Positions 1-12,257 of a DNA stretch of 64,000 nucleotides are shown in pieces. Under the pieces are notes generated by a model, which made no database searches, was not told the origin of the DNA, and was given only the letters and a program-made list of their open reading frames with translations. Both the position numbers and the translations under genes were made by a program. The stretch is from Eledone cirrhosa (lineage: Eukaryota). Position 1 is the stretch's first letter, and the number at the start of each line of letters is the position of its first letter. The stretch is taken from the NCBI GenBank assembly GCA_964016885.1, contig OZ024747.1, forward strand, positions 45,136,001 to 45,200,000, given 5' to 3'.

Positions 1-1576
1 GTAAATTCATTTAGAATTTAATCTTCTTTAAAAGAAAATGTACAATGACAGTTTTAGATTTGGTAAATTATTGAGAAGGTTAATATGAAGGGATATAAAT
101 GTCTCAGAAATAGATATAAAAATATTGGTTTAAGTAATAAGGTCATATGAGAAGTTTTTGGCAGATTCTTTGATGATCTAGTACAATAACAAAGAAATGA
201 TAAAACATTAGTAATACAGAGAAAGAAGCCAAGATTGTTTAACCAGTTGATCTCCTGGTGACTTGAAAAAGGGCAGAAAGCCAATATGGCAACAAAAGAG
301 GTCAGTATGGGATTGCCAATTGAGAAAAGTTATTGGGGCACAACTAAAGATATATAGTAGTATTATTTCCAAATAAATAAAATCTGAGATTTATTAACTG
401 TCAAATATTGATGAGAGACAAAGTGATTGTAGACCTTGGCCTTTGCAATGCTGAAAATTTGGTTTGCACCAAGAGACCTGGAACTTTTAATAGAAGCATG
501 GCACTAGCAGACATGAATTGAAAATGTTTGCTTTAATCATTTCTGATCTGACAAGATTCAATAAACAAACAAATATTTACCTGAATGGCTTGGTTTACTT
601 TCAACTCTTTCCCTAGATCTTAAGACATGGCACATAATCAATCTCTCAATAAATTTATTTTCATTAACATAGCAAGCACAATATGACATTCATTATATTT
701 GCCAAACATCAGAAAATTGAGTCATTGATATAAAAATAAAAATAAAGAAAGGAAATCCTATTGGTGTTTCAATTATTTCTTGTGCTCTTCTGCAAATATA
801 TTTCATTAAAGTAAATAGAAAATGCCAAATGTAAGTGATGAATTTTCTAAGACTGCAAAACAAGGTTTTTGTTACGATATTAATTTTGTATATTCTGTTT
901 GATATTCAGAAGATGAAAGACTCAAAGTTATGTGAAATTTAGTGGTCTTAATAATTATTTCTGACGTTGAGATTAAGCTACACAATATAAGGCAGGATTA
1001 ATGTATCACTTGAATGAAGCATAATACATGTTTTAGTCTTATTTTATTGATTCCAGAAGTAGATCTTGGTAGGATATAAGTTGAAATCAGAAGAAGAAAA
1101 CGAAAATTTGAAAGCCATACTATTAAGAGCATTCTAGCATTTATAAATTCCTCCTGTCTTAAAGATTTCAATATTCTATTTAATAGGGAACGGAGTCTTT
1201 TGAAAACACACTGTCACACAATATGAATAGTTGCTACACACATATGTATGGATGATCCCATAATTCCTGATAGAGTCATAGGCCTGCCTTATTGATATTT
1301 GACACTTCCTGGACATTTTAAGCCTGGTGGAGCCCATCTTTCTGCAGGCCTGAGTACAGCAGATTTCTTCCAGAGAGAGGAACAATTGACCCCAGCACTA
1401 GAAGGGTACTTTTTTTATCGACCGCGAAAGGATGAAAGGCAAAGTTAATTTTGGCGGGATTTGAAATCAGAAAGACGGAATGAATACCATAAAGAATGCT
1501 ATCTGACATTCCAACAACTTTGCCAATTCGCCACCATATACATACATGTACACACATATACAGCTCCACAAAAATC

Positions 1577-1634
<58 letters not shown>

Positions 1635-1670
1635 ATTAACAAATGGAAACTATATTTATAAAACCATATT

Positions 1671-1738
1671 TATTTCATTATACATATTTCAAGGACACCA
1701 AGTTAAATTAAGGTGTGCTGCTTTCATCAGATAAAATA
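1671..1738 (-). ncRNA. Type I hammerhead ribozyme (family A)
   Basis: Minus strand: tattttat-CTGATGA-aagcagcacacc...ggtgtcctt-GAAA-tatgta-TA-atgaaata. 8-bp stem I (one G-U), intact core, minimal stem III, AUA site. Homologous to 45450 and 62590/62884 copies. Confidence 0.85.
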
Positions 1739-1885
1739 TAATATAGAGCAGTTTTATAAATAAATATTGACATACCCTTAAAGAATGCGACCATTACTGT
1801 TGGAAGCTCCCGGATATATATATATATATAAATATATATATATGGACAAGTATATGTATATACATATGGGTACATGTATTTATGT

Positions 1886-1936
<51 letters not shown>

Positions 1937-2187
1937 ATCATATATGTGCTCATATATATATATAACCATATATATTGTTGGGTATAGAAGGATCAATGTC
2001 TCACAACAAATATATATATTTTATATATATATATACTGAGTTTTCTTGCTCACCAGGTAGTCATTACCAATAATATGATTACACACACACTCACACACAC
2101 ATACACAAATATATATATATATGTGTCCCAAGGCTCTGATACCATCAACACTATACACACAGAGCTGGCATATCTAAGAACTGACTA

Positions 2188-2243
2188 ACTGCCTGATGAG
2201 GTCATAGCCATTCAATGGCTATCATCGAAATATATATAGCAGT
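2188..2243 (+). ncRNA. Type I hammerhead ribozyme (family B)
   Basis: actgc-CTGATGA-ggtcatagcca ttcaa tggctatcatc-GAAA-tatata-TA-gcagt. Stem I actgc/gcagt, stem II atagcca/tggctat, palindromic minimal stem III. Confidence 0.85.
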
Positions 2244-2559
2244 AAATAAAGGATTATGAGTTCATGCAATTGACTTATGTTTCGTCACTATATATATATA
2301 TATATATAGATCAGTTTGACAATCGTCACCGACAAATGTGAGAAAGTTCTCCAGGAAAGTTAACCATGAATCTTTAAAAATCTTCCTGCCGAAGTTAACA
2401 AAGAACTTACTAGATCTACAAAACAAAATTGTAAAATTATAATATCATAAAATTAAATTGTTTAGAACTACAAGTGAAGTAATTCTTTTCCTTTTTTCAA
2501 ATATACCCTTGCAAGCAGGGAAAAGCTGATCTATGATGATAATGATGATGATATATTAT

Positions 2560-3865
2560 ATATCATCATCATCATTTTACGTCCACTTTTCCCTGCTTGC
2601 AAGGGTGGGACGGGTCCTATTCAGCATAGCATCTCTCCACCTGTCACGGTCCTTCGTCATCTCCACCATGAGCTTCAGCGATCTGAAGTCTGCTCTCATC
2701 ACCTCTCCCATGTTTTTCCAGGTCTACCTCTACTACGCCTTCCTTCAACTGGCAGTTCTTGGCACTTCTTTATCCAGCGATCATCCTCCATGTACATCAC
2801 TTGTCCATACCATCGCAATCTTCTCTCCCGTACACTACAAATTATCCCTCTTAAACACAGTATCTCTCTCAACACAACCATGCTCGGTCTATAATGGACT
2901 ACAATGAACAAGAGCAGGCTGAGGACCGAACCCTGATATACTCCTACATGTATCTGGAATTCCTCACTAAACTCCATTCCAACCCTCACTTTACTGACAG
3001 CACCTCTGTACAAAGCTTGCATTGTCCTCACAAGCCATTCCTCAACACTTAGTTTTCTTAGGGACCACCAGATGACAGATCGAGGTACCCTATCAAAGGC
3101 CTTCTCTAGGTCAACAAAGGCTAAGTATAGTGGCTTATTCTTCTCTAAGAACCTCTCTTGCAATTGTCTCATTAAGAAGAGGGCATCTGTTGTACTTTTC
3201 CCAGGCACAAAACCAAACTGCATCTCATCTAATTTGACCCTTTCTCTAATCAGTTGTGCTAATATCCTTTCTGCCACTTTCATAACCTGATCCATCAGTT
3301 TTATACCCCTATAATTGCTCCTCTCCAAAGCATCCCCTTTAACTTTGTAGCAATTTATGAGAATACTGCTGCACCAGTCTTTGGGTATGACACCACCATA
3401 TATAGCCTGATTGATGATGCGTGCAACCAGTTTAGTGCCTACGTCCCCTGATGCCTTCAGCATCTCAGCAACTATCCCCGACGGTCCAGTGGCCTTACCA
3501 TTTTTTATTTCCTTAATCGCCTCTTGGACCCTATATTCATCAATCTCAATAGCTGGTCCCTCTGTTGGGTCTACTGGGGGTAATTTCTCTCTCTCCCATT
3601 CATTCTCCACATTCATCAATCTCTCATAATGACATTTCCAGGCCTCCTTTTTTTCTGATTATTCATGACACTAAGTACACTGGCATCATTCTGGATACAC
3701 TTATCTCCAACAACATCCTGATTTGCACTGACACACTGCCTTGCAATGTGGAACACAACACGTCTCTGATCTTCTCGTCGTCGTCGCAGAATATTGGCAA
3801 ACCTCCTACTCTCAGCCTACCTGCATGCTAAGTACACCTGACGTCTAGCTTCTCTCTTAGCGGCT
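2560..3865 (-). mobile_element. RTE-clade LINE, 5'-truncated and internally deleted (RT ORF 2699-3619)
   Basis: RT motifs GKATGPSGI, NYRGIKL, QFGFVPGKSTTDA, AFVDLEKAFDRVPR, GVYQGSVLS; C-terminal RRLRWYG...GRPGKTW; 3' end gcaagcagggaaaag...(TGA)n. Confidence 0.92.
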
Positions 3866-4516
3866 GTATATATGTAATATCTGTGTGTACGTGTGTGTAT
3901 ATATATATATATGTATGTATGCGGATGCTAATTGATGATGACATATGCATAGATTTGTACTAAGATTTTAATTTATTTATGTATTACCATTGATCTTATT
4001 AGACATAAATATGAAGAAGCTGTTAAAATTTGTTAGAGTCACCAAATGTAGAGGCTGTTAAGATGATTGCTTGTTGTGACCAAGTGTGTAGATTCATTGT
4101 GACCAAGTGGCCGAAAGGCAGAGATCCAATAAATTGAACCAGACTAACTGCTGGACAGCTGAGAGCAAACTATTTATGAGAATTCTATTGTCATTGATGG
4201 TAATCAGATGACATCCAGAAAACTGTATTCTTCTAGACAGTTTGGTGACAGGAGTCCCCAAATCAAAGGAAGAAAAATATAACAGGTATATTATGAAGGG
4301 AAATCACTGATCAATTGGGTGCAAAGGTCAGAATACATGGTCGTATGATTTATTTCGCCAACCAAGGGAACAATAGTTCAAATCTTGTTACATAGATTTG
4401 CTACAAATATATCAACCTCTCTGTAAATATATGCCACGATTTGGAAATGTCATAGCAAAGTGTGTTGTAAAGGGTTTCCATTGTTTGGTTCAGGTCACAC
4501 GGCGGAGGTGAATGAA

Positions 4517-5121
4517 CAATTATCATCACCATCATGTCGAGCTTGCTTGGCCTTCTACGACACGTTTCCTCCATCCATCTCTGTCTCTCATAGCGTTTGC
4601 CAGTTCTTCCGCAGTGCATCCAGTATCGTCCTCAAGTTGCTTGATGAATGTCTTCTTGGGACGACCAGCGTTTCTTGTTCCATGAGATGGACTCCATAGC
4701 AATACATCGCCTGCTATTTCTTCCTTGCTGCGCCAACAGTGGCCAGCAAATCTGAGTCTCTGTTTACGTATTGACCTGCTGATAGGTAGTATATTGCCTT
4801 AGAGATTTTATTTGTTGGGTGTTCCCTCCAAGATACGTTTAAAGCAGCGCGGAGCATACGTGTGTATGCCCCGTCTAGCTTTTTCTCAGTTGCAAAGGAA
4901 ATTGGACTCTATGTCAACGCAGGCAAAACAGAATATATTTGCCTGAACCAAGACTCCTCAGTTGGTATGCGAAGTCTAAACAGCTATATAATCAAGGAAG
5001 TTGACGACTTCAAATACTTGGGTAGCTATATCGCCTCCGCAGAACATGATGTTAACATCAGACTGGGAAAAGCCTGGGGAGCATTGAATGCAATGGAAAA
5101 AATATGGAAATCAAACCTGCC
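4517..5121. mobile_element. RTE-like LINE fragment with 5' inversion
   Basis: 4517-4880 minus encodes YTRMLRAALNVSW...RLRFAGHCWR...GRPKKTF. 4885-5121 plus encodes the upstream part IGLYVNAGKTEY...FKYLGSYI...IRLGKAW. Confidence 0.8.
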
Positions 5122-5152
5122 TATAATAGGAAATTCTGCTTCGTAGAATCAA

Positions 5153-5248
5153 GACGTATCTGAGGACCTTGCAATTTTCAGAGTCAGGTTCGATCATCAC
5201 ATCGATCGTGCCTCGAGCTGGTCGCCAGAGAAACAATTGTAATATGTC
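5153..5248 (+). ncRNA. Type I hammerhead ribozyme (family C, long stem II insert)
   Basis: gacgtat-CTGAGGA-(~63 nt)-GAAA-caattg-TA-atatgtc. 7-bp stem I, palindromic stem III, GUA site. Confidence 0.75.
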
Positions 5249-5290
5249 CAATAAGTTCCATTCGTCGCAACACTGATTCTCTTTTTTTCT

Positions 5291-5333
<43 letters not shown>

Positions 5334-6103
5334 CAGAAAGGGGGAGGAGAAAAGAGAGTAATTGATCCCTACACTTCATAAGAGTCAACAGAAAGATTGG
5401 CATCAAGAAGGGTCTTATAAACCACTACCTCAAAACACCCTGCCTAACAAATTTGAACATGTAGAAGCAGATGTCATAATTATGATGATTAAATAAATGT
5501 ATACACTTGTAACTAAGATTATTAATTGCCTTAAGATTGAATGTAAATAAATCTACACTAAAGCAATAAACTTTAATGGAAATGCAGATATGATAGGACA
5601 AGCCTTAAAGAGTACTAGAGAGAGCTCCATGCCATGCAAGTCCTATTTAGACAACTCGAACTAATTTAACAACATGTGTTAAATTCTTCCTTGGACAGAT
5701 GAATAGTATTTTTGTACAGTGTAAGATATATGTAGCCAAGACCAAACCGTACCAATGAAGGATATCAAAGTCTTAGGATGCTTATTTCCGAAATTGATAA
5801 TTGGTGATTGATACTAATTACTGAGATGAAAAGTTTGCATTCTATTTGGTTTCTAGAAACAAATCTGTCTGTGGAACTATAATTATACCACCTTGAAGTA
5901 TATATATTTATTTACATATTATTTGTTCTGTGGATATGTAAAAAATACTAACCGTTTCTCAATTGATATATTCTATTACATATCTTTTAAACTTATATGT
6001 AATGATTAAACCTAAAATTATCATATATATATATATAAAAGATGAAATCAAAAATACAACTGGAGTCTTATTTAAAATATATATATATATATATATTTGG
6101 TTC

Positions 6104-6139
6104 CTTTACCGGTTTCGCAGTTCTTCTGCTTTTCAAAAG
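6104..6139 (-). ncRNA. Minimal hammerhead, U3-A8 core variant (left arm)
   Basis: Minus: ctt-TTGAAAA-gcag aagaa ctgc-GAAA-ccgg-TA-aag. Confidence 0.7.
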
Positions 6140-7032
6140 TAGAGTTGAGATGGAGAGTCTGTGGTTTTTCTCACATCTGGTTGGTCTTTGAATGTTACTT
6201 GTTTTATATGGAAAAAAGTGGCTCGAAACGCCAGGTTTTTAGAGAAGTAATTTGTTTGGTTGGTCAATAAGTATAATAAATTCCGCGCCAATTCACGTTA
6301 CAAAGTTCTTCAAACAAGGGGGGGGGGGGGACTCAGGTTGTTTTTTCATATACGAGTGTTTCAATTTCTTTTTACTTAAAAAAAGGGGCTCACGAAAGCT
6401 ATTTTTTAAAAATGTAATTTGATTGGTTATAAATGAAATTATGGCTGTCACGTGAACAAGTTCATTAAATTCGTGCCCGTATTTCGGAATTTATTTTGTA
6501 GCCATTTAGAGAATTTTATGACAATAAAAAAAGTGGCTCCCAAAGGCTTTTTTTTAAAATGCAATTTGATTGGTTATAAATGAAATTATGACTGTCACGT
6601 GAACAAGTTCCGCGTCCGTATTTCGGAATTTATTTTATAGCCTTTTAGAGAATTTTATGACAAGCAAAAGAATGGTCAAGAGAAATGGGATGGGAGAATT
6701 GTTCTGGTTCAGTGAATATGGCTAGTTCGCTGGGGTGTCAGAGTTCAGATTTTCTATTGAAATAAAGAAAGTAGACATATGTATGTTTATTTGTGTGTTT
6801 GTGTGTGTGTGTGTGTGTGTAGGAAGATGATTCTATTGGTAGAAATGGGGGAGGGAGTTTGTGTGTGGGAGTATGTTAAGATGGAGAGAATATAAATATT
6901 TTTTTTGTGTGTGTGTAGGAAAGTGATTCTATTAGTATAAATGGGGAGGGAGTTGTGTGTGGAGGGGTGTTATGTGTGTGTGTATGTGTCTGTTTGGATG
7001 GTTAGCATGTTATGGTGTTGACATAATGTATA

Positions 7033-8322
7033 TTAAACCATATTTAATGCTGGTCTATATTTTTGAATAAACATATTTTCCTTATTTATTCGTATTTGTT
7101 CTGTTGTATTGTCAGCGCAAAGGTAAAATGGGAAGACTTGGAATTTGGGTGTCTTATTACTTGCGCAAATCTCCAGATGTGCGCTGAGTGGTATCTGTCT
7201 CGTGGTTGGATCTCGTAATTGTTGGCGATGAACTGTCATTCTATTTCTGAGTGTGAGTTTAGTTTGTCCTATATAATCTTCATTGCATCCTTTACATTTA
7301 ATGGCATAAAGTAGATTTTTTGATGAGCAAGTGAAGTGATTTTTTTACAGCAAAATTTTGTCCTGATTTAAATGTATACGTGTTGCCTTCAATGAGGTGA
7401 GTGCAGGTTCCACAATTAGAACGACCACATTTTTTTACAGTTGGTTGTGGGTTTGTGGTAGGTAATTTGGCATTGGTGAGTAATGTTTTCAGTGATTTCG
7501 GTTGTCTTTTGCTTTTGATTATTTTGTGTGTTTCAAGGGCTTTTTTCATTCTTGGATCTTGTTTCAGTAGTGGGATGTCCTTGTGAATAGTGTTGTAAGC
7601 TTCCGCATTTCTTGGGTTGTGTGTTGAGATATATGATAGAATATTGGACGTACCTTGAATTTGTTCTGTTTTCGTAATTTATCAAATCCTATTATAGCCT
7701 TTCGTAATTTATCAAATCCTATTATAGCCCTTCTATTCCATTATGTATTAGTAATGGTGGATACTGTCTTTCGAGTAGAATTTCCTTTAATTCTTGAAGT
7801 CTTTTATTTTGCGATTCATAATTGGAGACAATTATGCAAATTCTTCTTGCTAGGTTAAAAGGAATGTTCGTCTTCGTGTGCTTTGGATGGTTGGAGGTGA
7901 ATAGCAGGTATTGTCTGGAATCTTTTGGTTTGTAGTGTATGTCAGTTTCAATATTTGTGTCTCTTTTTAAGATTAAGATATCCAGAAAGGGGAGTTGATC
8001 TTGGCTGTATTCCATTGTGAATTGGATGTGGTTATTGATGCCGTTTATTAAATTTTTGAAATCATTCACTTGGTCGATGTGTGGGGCCAAAGAATGAGAC
8101 AATCATCAAAGTAGCGTTTCCAATTCTCTGATAAATATTTGTGGAAGTTCAATCCGTATTTTGATTTGGACTCTTCATAAATCTGGACTTCTAAGTATGC
8201 CATGACTAAGTTGGCATAAGTCGGAGCGGCTTTTGCACCAATCGCAGTCCCCGATATTTGCTTGTAAGTACTGCCATCGAAATAAAAAAAGTTGTTCTGT
8301 GAGATAAATTTTAATCCCTCGG
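7033..8322 (-). pseudogene. PLE reverse transcriptase + GIY-YIG endonuclease, frameshifted, 5'-truncated
   Basis: YKQISGTAIGAKAAPTYANLVM, WKRYFDDC, LPFLDILI, SNHPKH..NIPFNLARR, Cys knuckle CGRSNCGTC, YIGQT..LR.RMTVHRQQ. Confidence 0.9.
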
Positions 8323-8824
8323 TGACACATACACACACACACACACATAACACATTCTATTTTAGAAAATAAAAACCCGAACTAAATAAAACTTAACATA
8401 CGTTTGCGCTGACAATACAACAGAACAAATACGAATAAGTAAGAAAATATGTTTATTCAAAAACATTCCTACTAATGGAATCATTTTCCTACACACACAC
8501 ACAAAATATATATATTCTCTTCATCTTAACATGCTAACCATACTCCCACACACACATAACACCCCCCACAAACAACTCCCTCCCCCATTTCTACTAATAG
8601 AATCACTTTCCTACACACACACACAAACTCCCTCCCCCATTTCTACCAATAGAATCATCTCCTATACACCCCCCCCACACACACACAAACAAACACACAA
8701 ATAAACATACATATGTCTACTTTCTTTATTTCAATAGAAAATCTGAACTCTGACACCCCAGCGAACTAGCCATATTCACTGAACCAGAACAAGTCTTCCA
8801 TCCAATTTCTCTTGACCACTCTTT

Positions 8825-9250
8825 TGCTTGTCATAAAATTCTCTAAAAAGCTACAAAATAAATTCCGAAATACGGGCGCGGAACTTGTTCACGTGACAGT
8901 CATAATTTCATTTATAACCAATCAAATTGCATTTTTAATAAAAAGCCTTCGGGGGCCACTTTTTTTATTGTCATAAAATTCTCTAAAAGGCTACAAAATA
9001 AATTCCGAAATACGGGCGCGAAATTTAATGAACTTGTTCACGTGACAGCTATAATTTCATTTATAACCAATCAAATTACATTAAAAAAAAGCCTTTGTGA
9101 GCCACTGTTTTAATTGTCATAAAATTCTCTAAAAGGCTACAAAATAAATTCTCAAATACGGGCCGAATTTAATGTACTTGTTCACGTGACAGCCATAATT
9201 TCATTTACAACCAATCAAATTACATTAAAAAAAAAAAACTTTCGTGAGCC
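8825..9250 (+). repeat. ~145-150 bp tandem repeat in PLE 3' region (3 units here, 2 units at ~6385-6665)
   Basis: Recurrent tgtcataaaattctctaaaa...tacgggcgcg...ttcacgtgacag...aaccaatcaaatt. CACGTG at 8890, 9039 and 9183. Confidence 0.85.
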
Positions 9251-9493
9251 CCTTTTTTTAAGTAAAAAGAAATTCAAACACTCATATATGAAAAAACAAC
9301 CTGAGCACCCCTCCCCCCTTTGAAGAACTTTGTAACGTGAATTGGCGCGAAATTTATTATACTTATTGACCAACCAATCAAATTACTTCTCTAAAAATCT
9401 GGCGTTTCGAGCCACTTTTTTCCATATAAAACAAGTAACATTCAAAGACCAACCAAATGTGAGAAAAACCACAGACCCTTCATCTCAACTCTA

Positions 9494-9529
9494 CTTTTGA
9501 AAAGCAGAAGAACTGCGAAACCGGTAAAG
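9494..9529 (+). ncRNA. Minimal hammerhead, U3-A8 core variant (right arm)
   Basis: ctt-TTGAAAA-gcag aagaa ctgc-GAAA-ccgg-TA-aag, identical to the left-arm copy. Confidence 0.7.
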
Positions 9530-9705
9530 GAACCAAATAAATATATATATTTTTTTAAAAATAAGACTCCAGTTGCATTTTGGATTTCATATTCTTTTCG
9601 TTATACTTTCATTCACTCATGTAGGACACCTCGGTTATTTTTCATTTTGTAAAATAACCTCACTTTCTAATATATATATATATATATATAAATATATATA
9701 TATAA

Positions 9706-10031
9706 TCATCATCATCACCGTTTTACGTCTGTTCTTCCACACTAGCATGGGTTAGCCGGGTTGTCCTCTTGTGGTCAGTGTCCGGTTGGCTGACCTTGTC
9801 TTTATCATACGGGAACTGATTCTGGCTTGATTTCTATAGCTAGATGCCCTTCCTAACACCAACCCCATTTACAGTGAGTGCTGGGTGCTTTTTTGCCGTG
9901 GCACCTCCACGACCACTTTGCAGTGGAATGATAGAGACCCCAGTCCTATCATCTCATTTCTAAAGCTGAGTAAACTGGAGCAATGTGAAATAAAGTTTCT
10001 TACTCAAGGAAACAACACATCACCCGGTCCG
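9706..10031 (-). mobile_element. tRNA/CORE-like SINE family S2, 5'-truncated, tail type 2
   Basis: Body ttgagtaagaaactttatttcacattgctccagtttactcagc...ggtgttaggaagggcatc; tail aacccatgctagtgtggaagaacagacgtaaaacgg(tga)n. Confidence 0.8.
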
Positions 10032-10089
10032 ATATATATATATATATATTTATTTATATCATTTCATTTCATTTATATATATATATATT

Positions 10090-10122
<33 letters not shown>

Positions 10123-10666
10123 ATATATTAATATGTATATATTTATATATATATATATTTATATATATATATATTTTCTAAGAAGAAAACTGGCCATGAC
10201 TTAAATATTTCAGATTTGTCATTTAATCGGAAAGCCAAATGAAGCTACCTGACAGAATCTTGGATGGCATTGCCACTTTTCCACTTAAAGAAAAACATAA
10301 ATTTCTGCACTCTACCCACCAGTATCTAGTCTTCAGTCAGTTATAGTTTGAGTGTTTTAAATACTACAGTATCCTAAACACACACACACACACACTCACG
10401 CACTGCCTCTCACTTCACCTCTGCTGAGTACACACACCACACTTCCAGTCATCCCTCCATCCACTTATTATCCAGATGCTGGTGTTCTTGTTGGTGATAG
10501 TGTTGTTGCTGATGGTGGTGCTGTTGTTTTTTTTAAACTTCCTTCCCTAATCTTCTCTTACTACTCTTACGTGTACCTGTCCTCTCCTTATCCAAACTTT
10601 CCTGAAGAAGGAAACATTGAAACCTCCCCCACTTTCACCAAGCACGAACCTAATATAACTGTGTAA

Positions 10667-10754
10667 AAATTTCCTCCTGTGTTTTGTTTGTTTCATTTAT
10701 TAACTATATATATATAGTTAATAAATGAAACAAACAAAACACAGGAGGAAATTT
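10667..10754. repeat. Perfect 88-bp palindrome centred on (TA)n
   Basis: aaatttcctcctgtgttttgtttgtttcatttattaac-(ta)6-gttaataaatgaaacaaacaaaacacaggaggaaattt. Confidence 0.95.
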
Positions 10755-11364
10755 ATATATATATAAACGTATATATAATATGTGTATGTTTTTTTATATA
10801 ACTACCATTAATAATGTTGTGATAGGTCAGATATTCATTCACATGTGCAGCATTAAAATGATATTCTCAATTATAAACACATAACATCTTTTCATAATAT
10901 AATCAATTATAGAATAGTATTTTCTCACATATTTCTAAAATAAATAAACATTACAGGTTTCCAATACAATCAGTGCAGGGTTTTCCTATTTTTTCAGCAA
11001 TTATTTCATCAATAAAAAATACATTCAGCATTTATAAAATTAGAGAATGAACTAAGATGTTAGCAAAACAATATCACAAACAAATAAAATAACCAAAAGG
11101 TTTTTATGAAAGTAAAACATTTGCAGTTGTTATAAGTAAGCATAAATTCCCTGTGGTGTGAAACACAATTATTTTAATAAAAATTGATTTTTAGATTCAT
11201 ATTAAATTTACATTTAAAATAGCTTAGTCACACAGACATACTCACACACACGCACACACACATATTATCATCATCATAATTTAACAGTTTTCTTCACTAG
11301 CAAGGCCATTGACTGGAACAGGTAAAAGATAAAAAAGAATATATATACATATATATAACATCCA

Positions 11365-11580
11365 GCCCACACTGTAAAGCGGACGTGTGAAAGACATGGC
11401 AAAAAGCACCCAGCACACACTGTTAATGTGGTTGGTGTTAGGAAGGGCATCCAGCTGTAGAAAACCAGCCAGAAACTCTCCTATATGAGTGAGGCATGGT
11501 CACCTGACCCAATTAGCCTCTAATTGGGACAAACCCGTCTAACCCATGCTAGCGTGGAAGATAGACGTTAATTGACGATA
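11365..11580 (+). mobile_element. SINE S2 3' part, tail type 2
   Basis: ggcaaaaagcacccagcacac...ggtgttaggaagggcatccagctgtagaaa...ccgtctaacccatgctagcgtggaag. Confidence 0.75.
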
Positions 11581-11596
11581 ATATATATATATATAT

Positions 11597-11742
11597 CCTG
11601 AGTGAAACGGAGGTAACCACAGTTAAAAAGGTACCTAAAACATTAGTAGAGTGTAAACATCATTATCTAATATAGAAATGGCTTCTACAAGACTAGAACT
11701 AATTTCATTTGAATAAAACAGTTCTAGTCCTGCAGAAGCCAT
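11597..11742. mobile_element. Mini PLE-like fold-back (family E) with two hammerhead 3' halves
   Basis: Arms 11678-11709 / 11712-11742. The tail (aggtaaccacag...ggtac) is homologous to 44190-44245. Confidence 0.7.
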
Positions 11743-12061
11743 CTCTCTCTTCCTCTCTGTTTATATATATATATTAATCATATATGCACTAACACAAATA
11801 ATGGAATTACAATATGTGTGAAACAGCAATTTAGAAATTGCCAACTTTCTAAATATTGCAAGATTTTCCATACACAAAATGTGGATCAAATTGGAAGCCT
11901 CTGCTCGAAAGGTTTCAATTGTGTCAACAGAAAAAAAAAAACATTCTAAATGTTTGGACCATATAAATTCACTGTAATTCATCTAATGGATTCAAAACAA
12001 CATTGTCGATCCTGGAAAATCAATGAGGGTCATCTGCAAAGAACTTCAGATGTCAGAGTGG

Positions 12062-12257
12062 CAGACCTGTCAACTCTCCCCATTTGACGGGGAGATCTCC
12101 CACCCATTTTGGGGTGGGTGAGAGATGTCTTCTCTTGTGAAAATGGGTATAGCTTTAATTATGTAAAATCTCCCCAATTTTGCCTCATTTCTCCCCGTTT
12201 TAGGGCACCTTTTTTCATGGTACTCTCTGTTTGAGTTTTTAGAGGCTAGTAGGTCTG
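12062..12257. mobile_element. MITE (cagacctg TIR, hAT-like)
   Basis: Starts cagacctgtcaactctcccc and ends agaggctagtaggtctg. A homologous copy in reverse orientation lies at 40622-41158. Confidence 0.6.

Larger units (their letters stand above)
6042..9668. mobile_element. Penelope-like element (Neptune-like) with inverted 3'-end duplication
   Basis: ~6042-7130 is the reverse complement of ~8400-9590. The body encodes a PLE RT and GIY-YIG endonuclease. Both ends abut (TA)n, and the right arm has an extra tail at 9591-9668. Confidence 0.9.
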
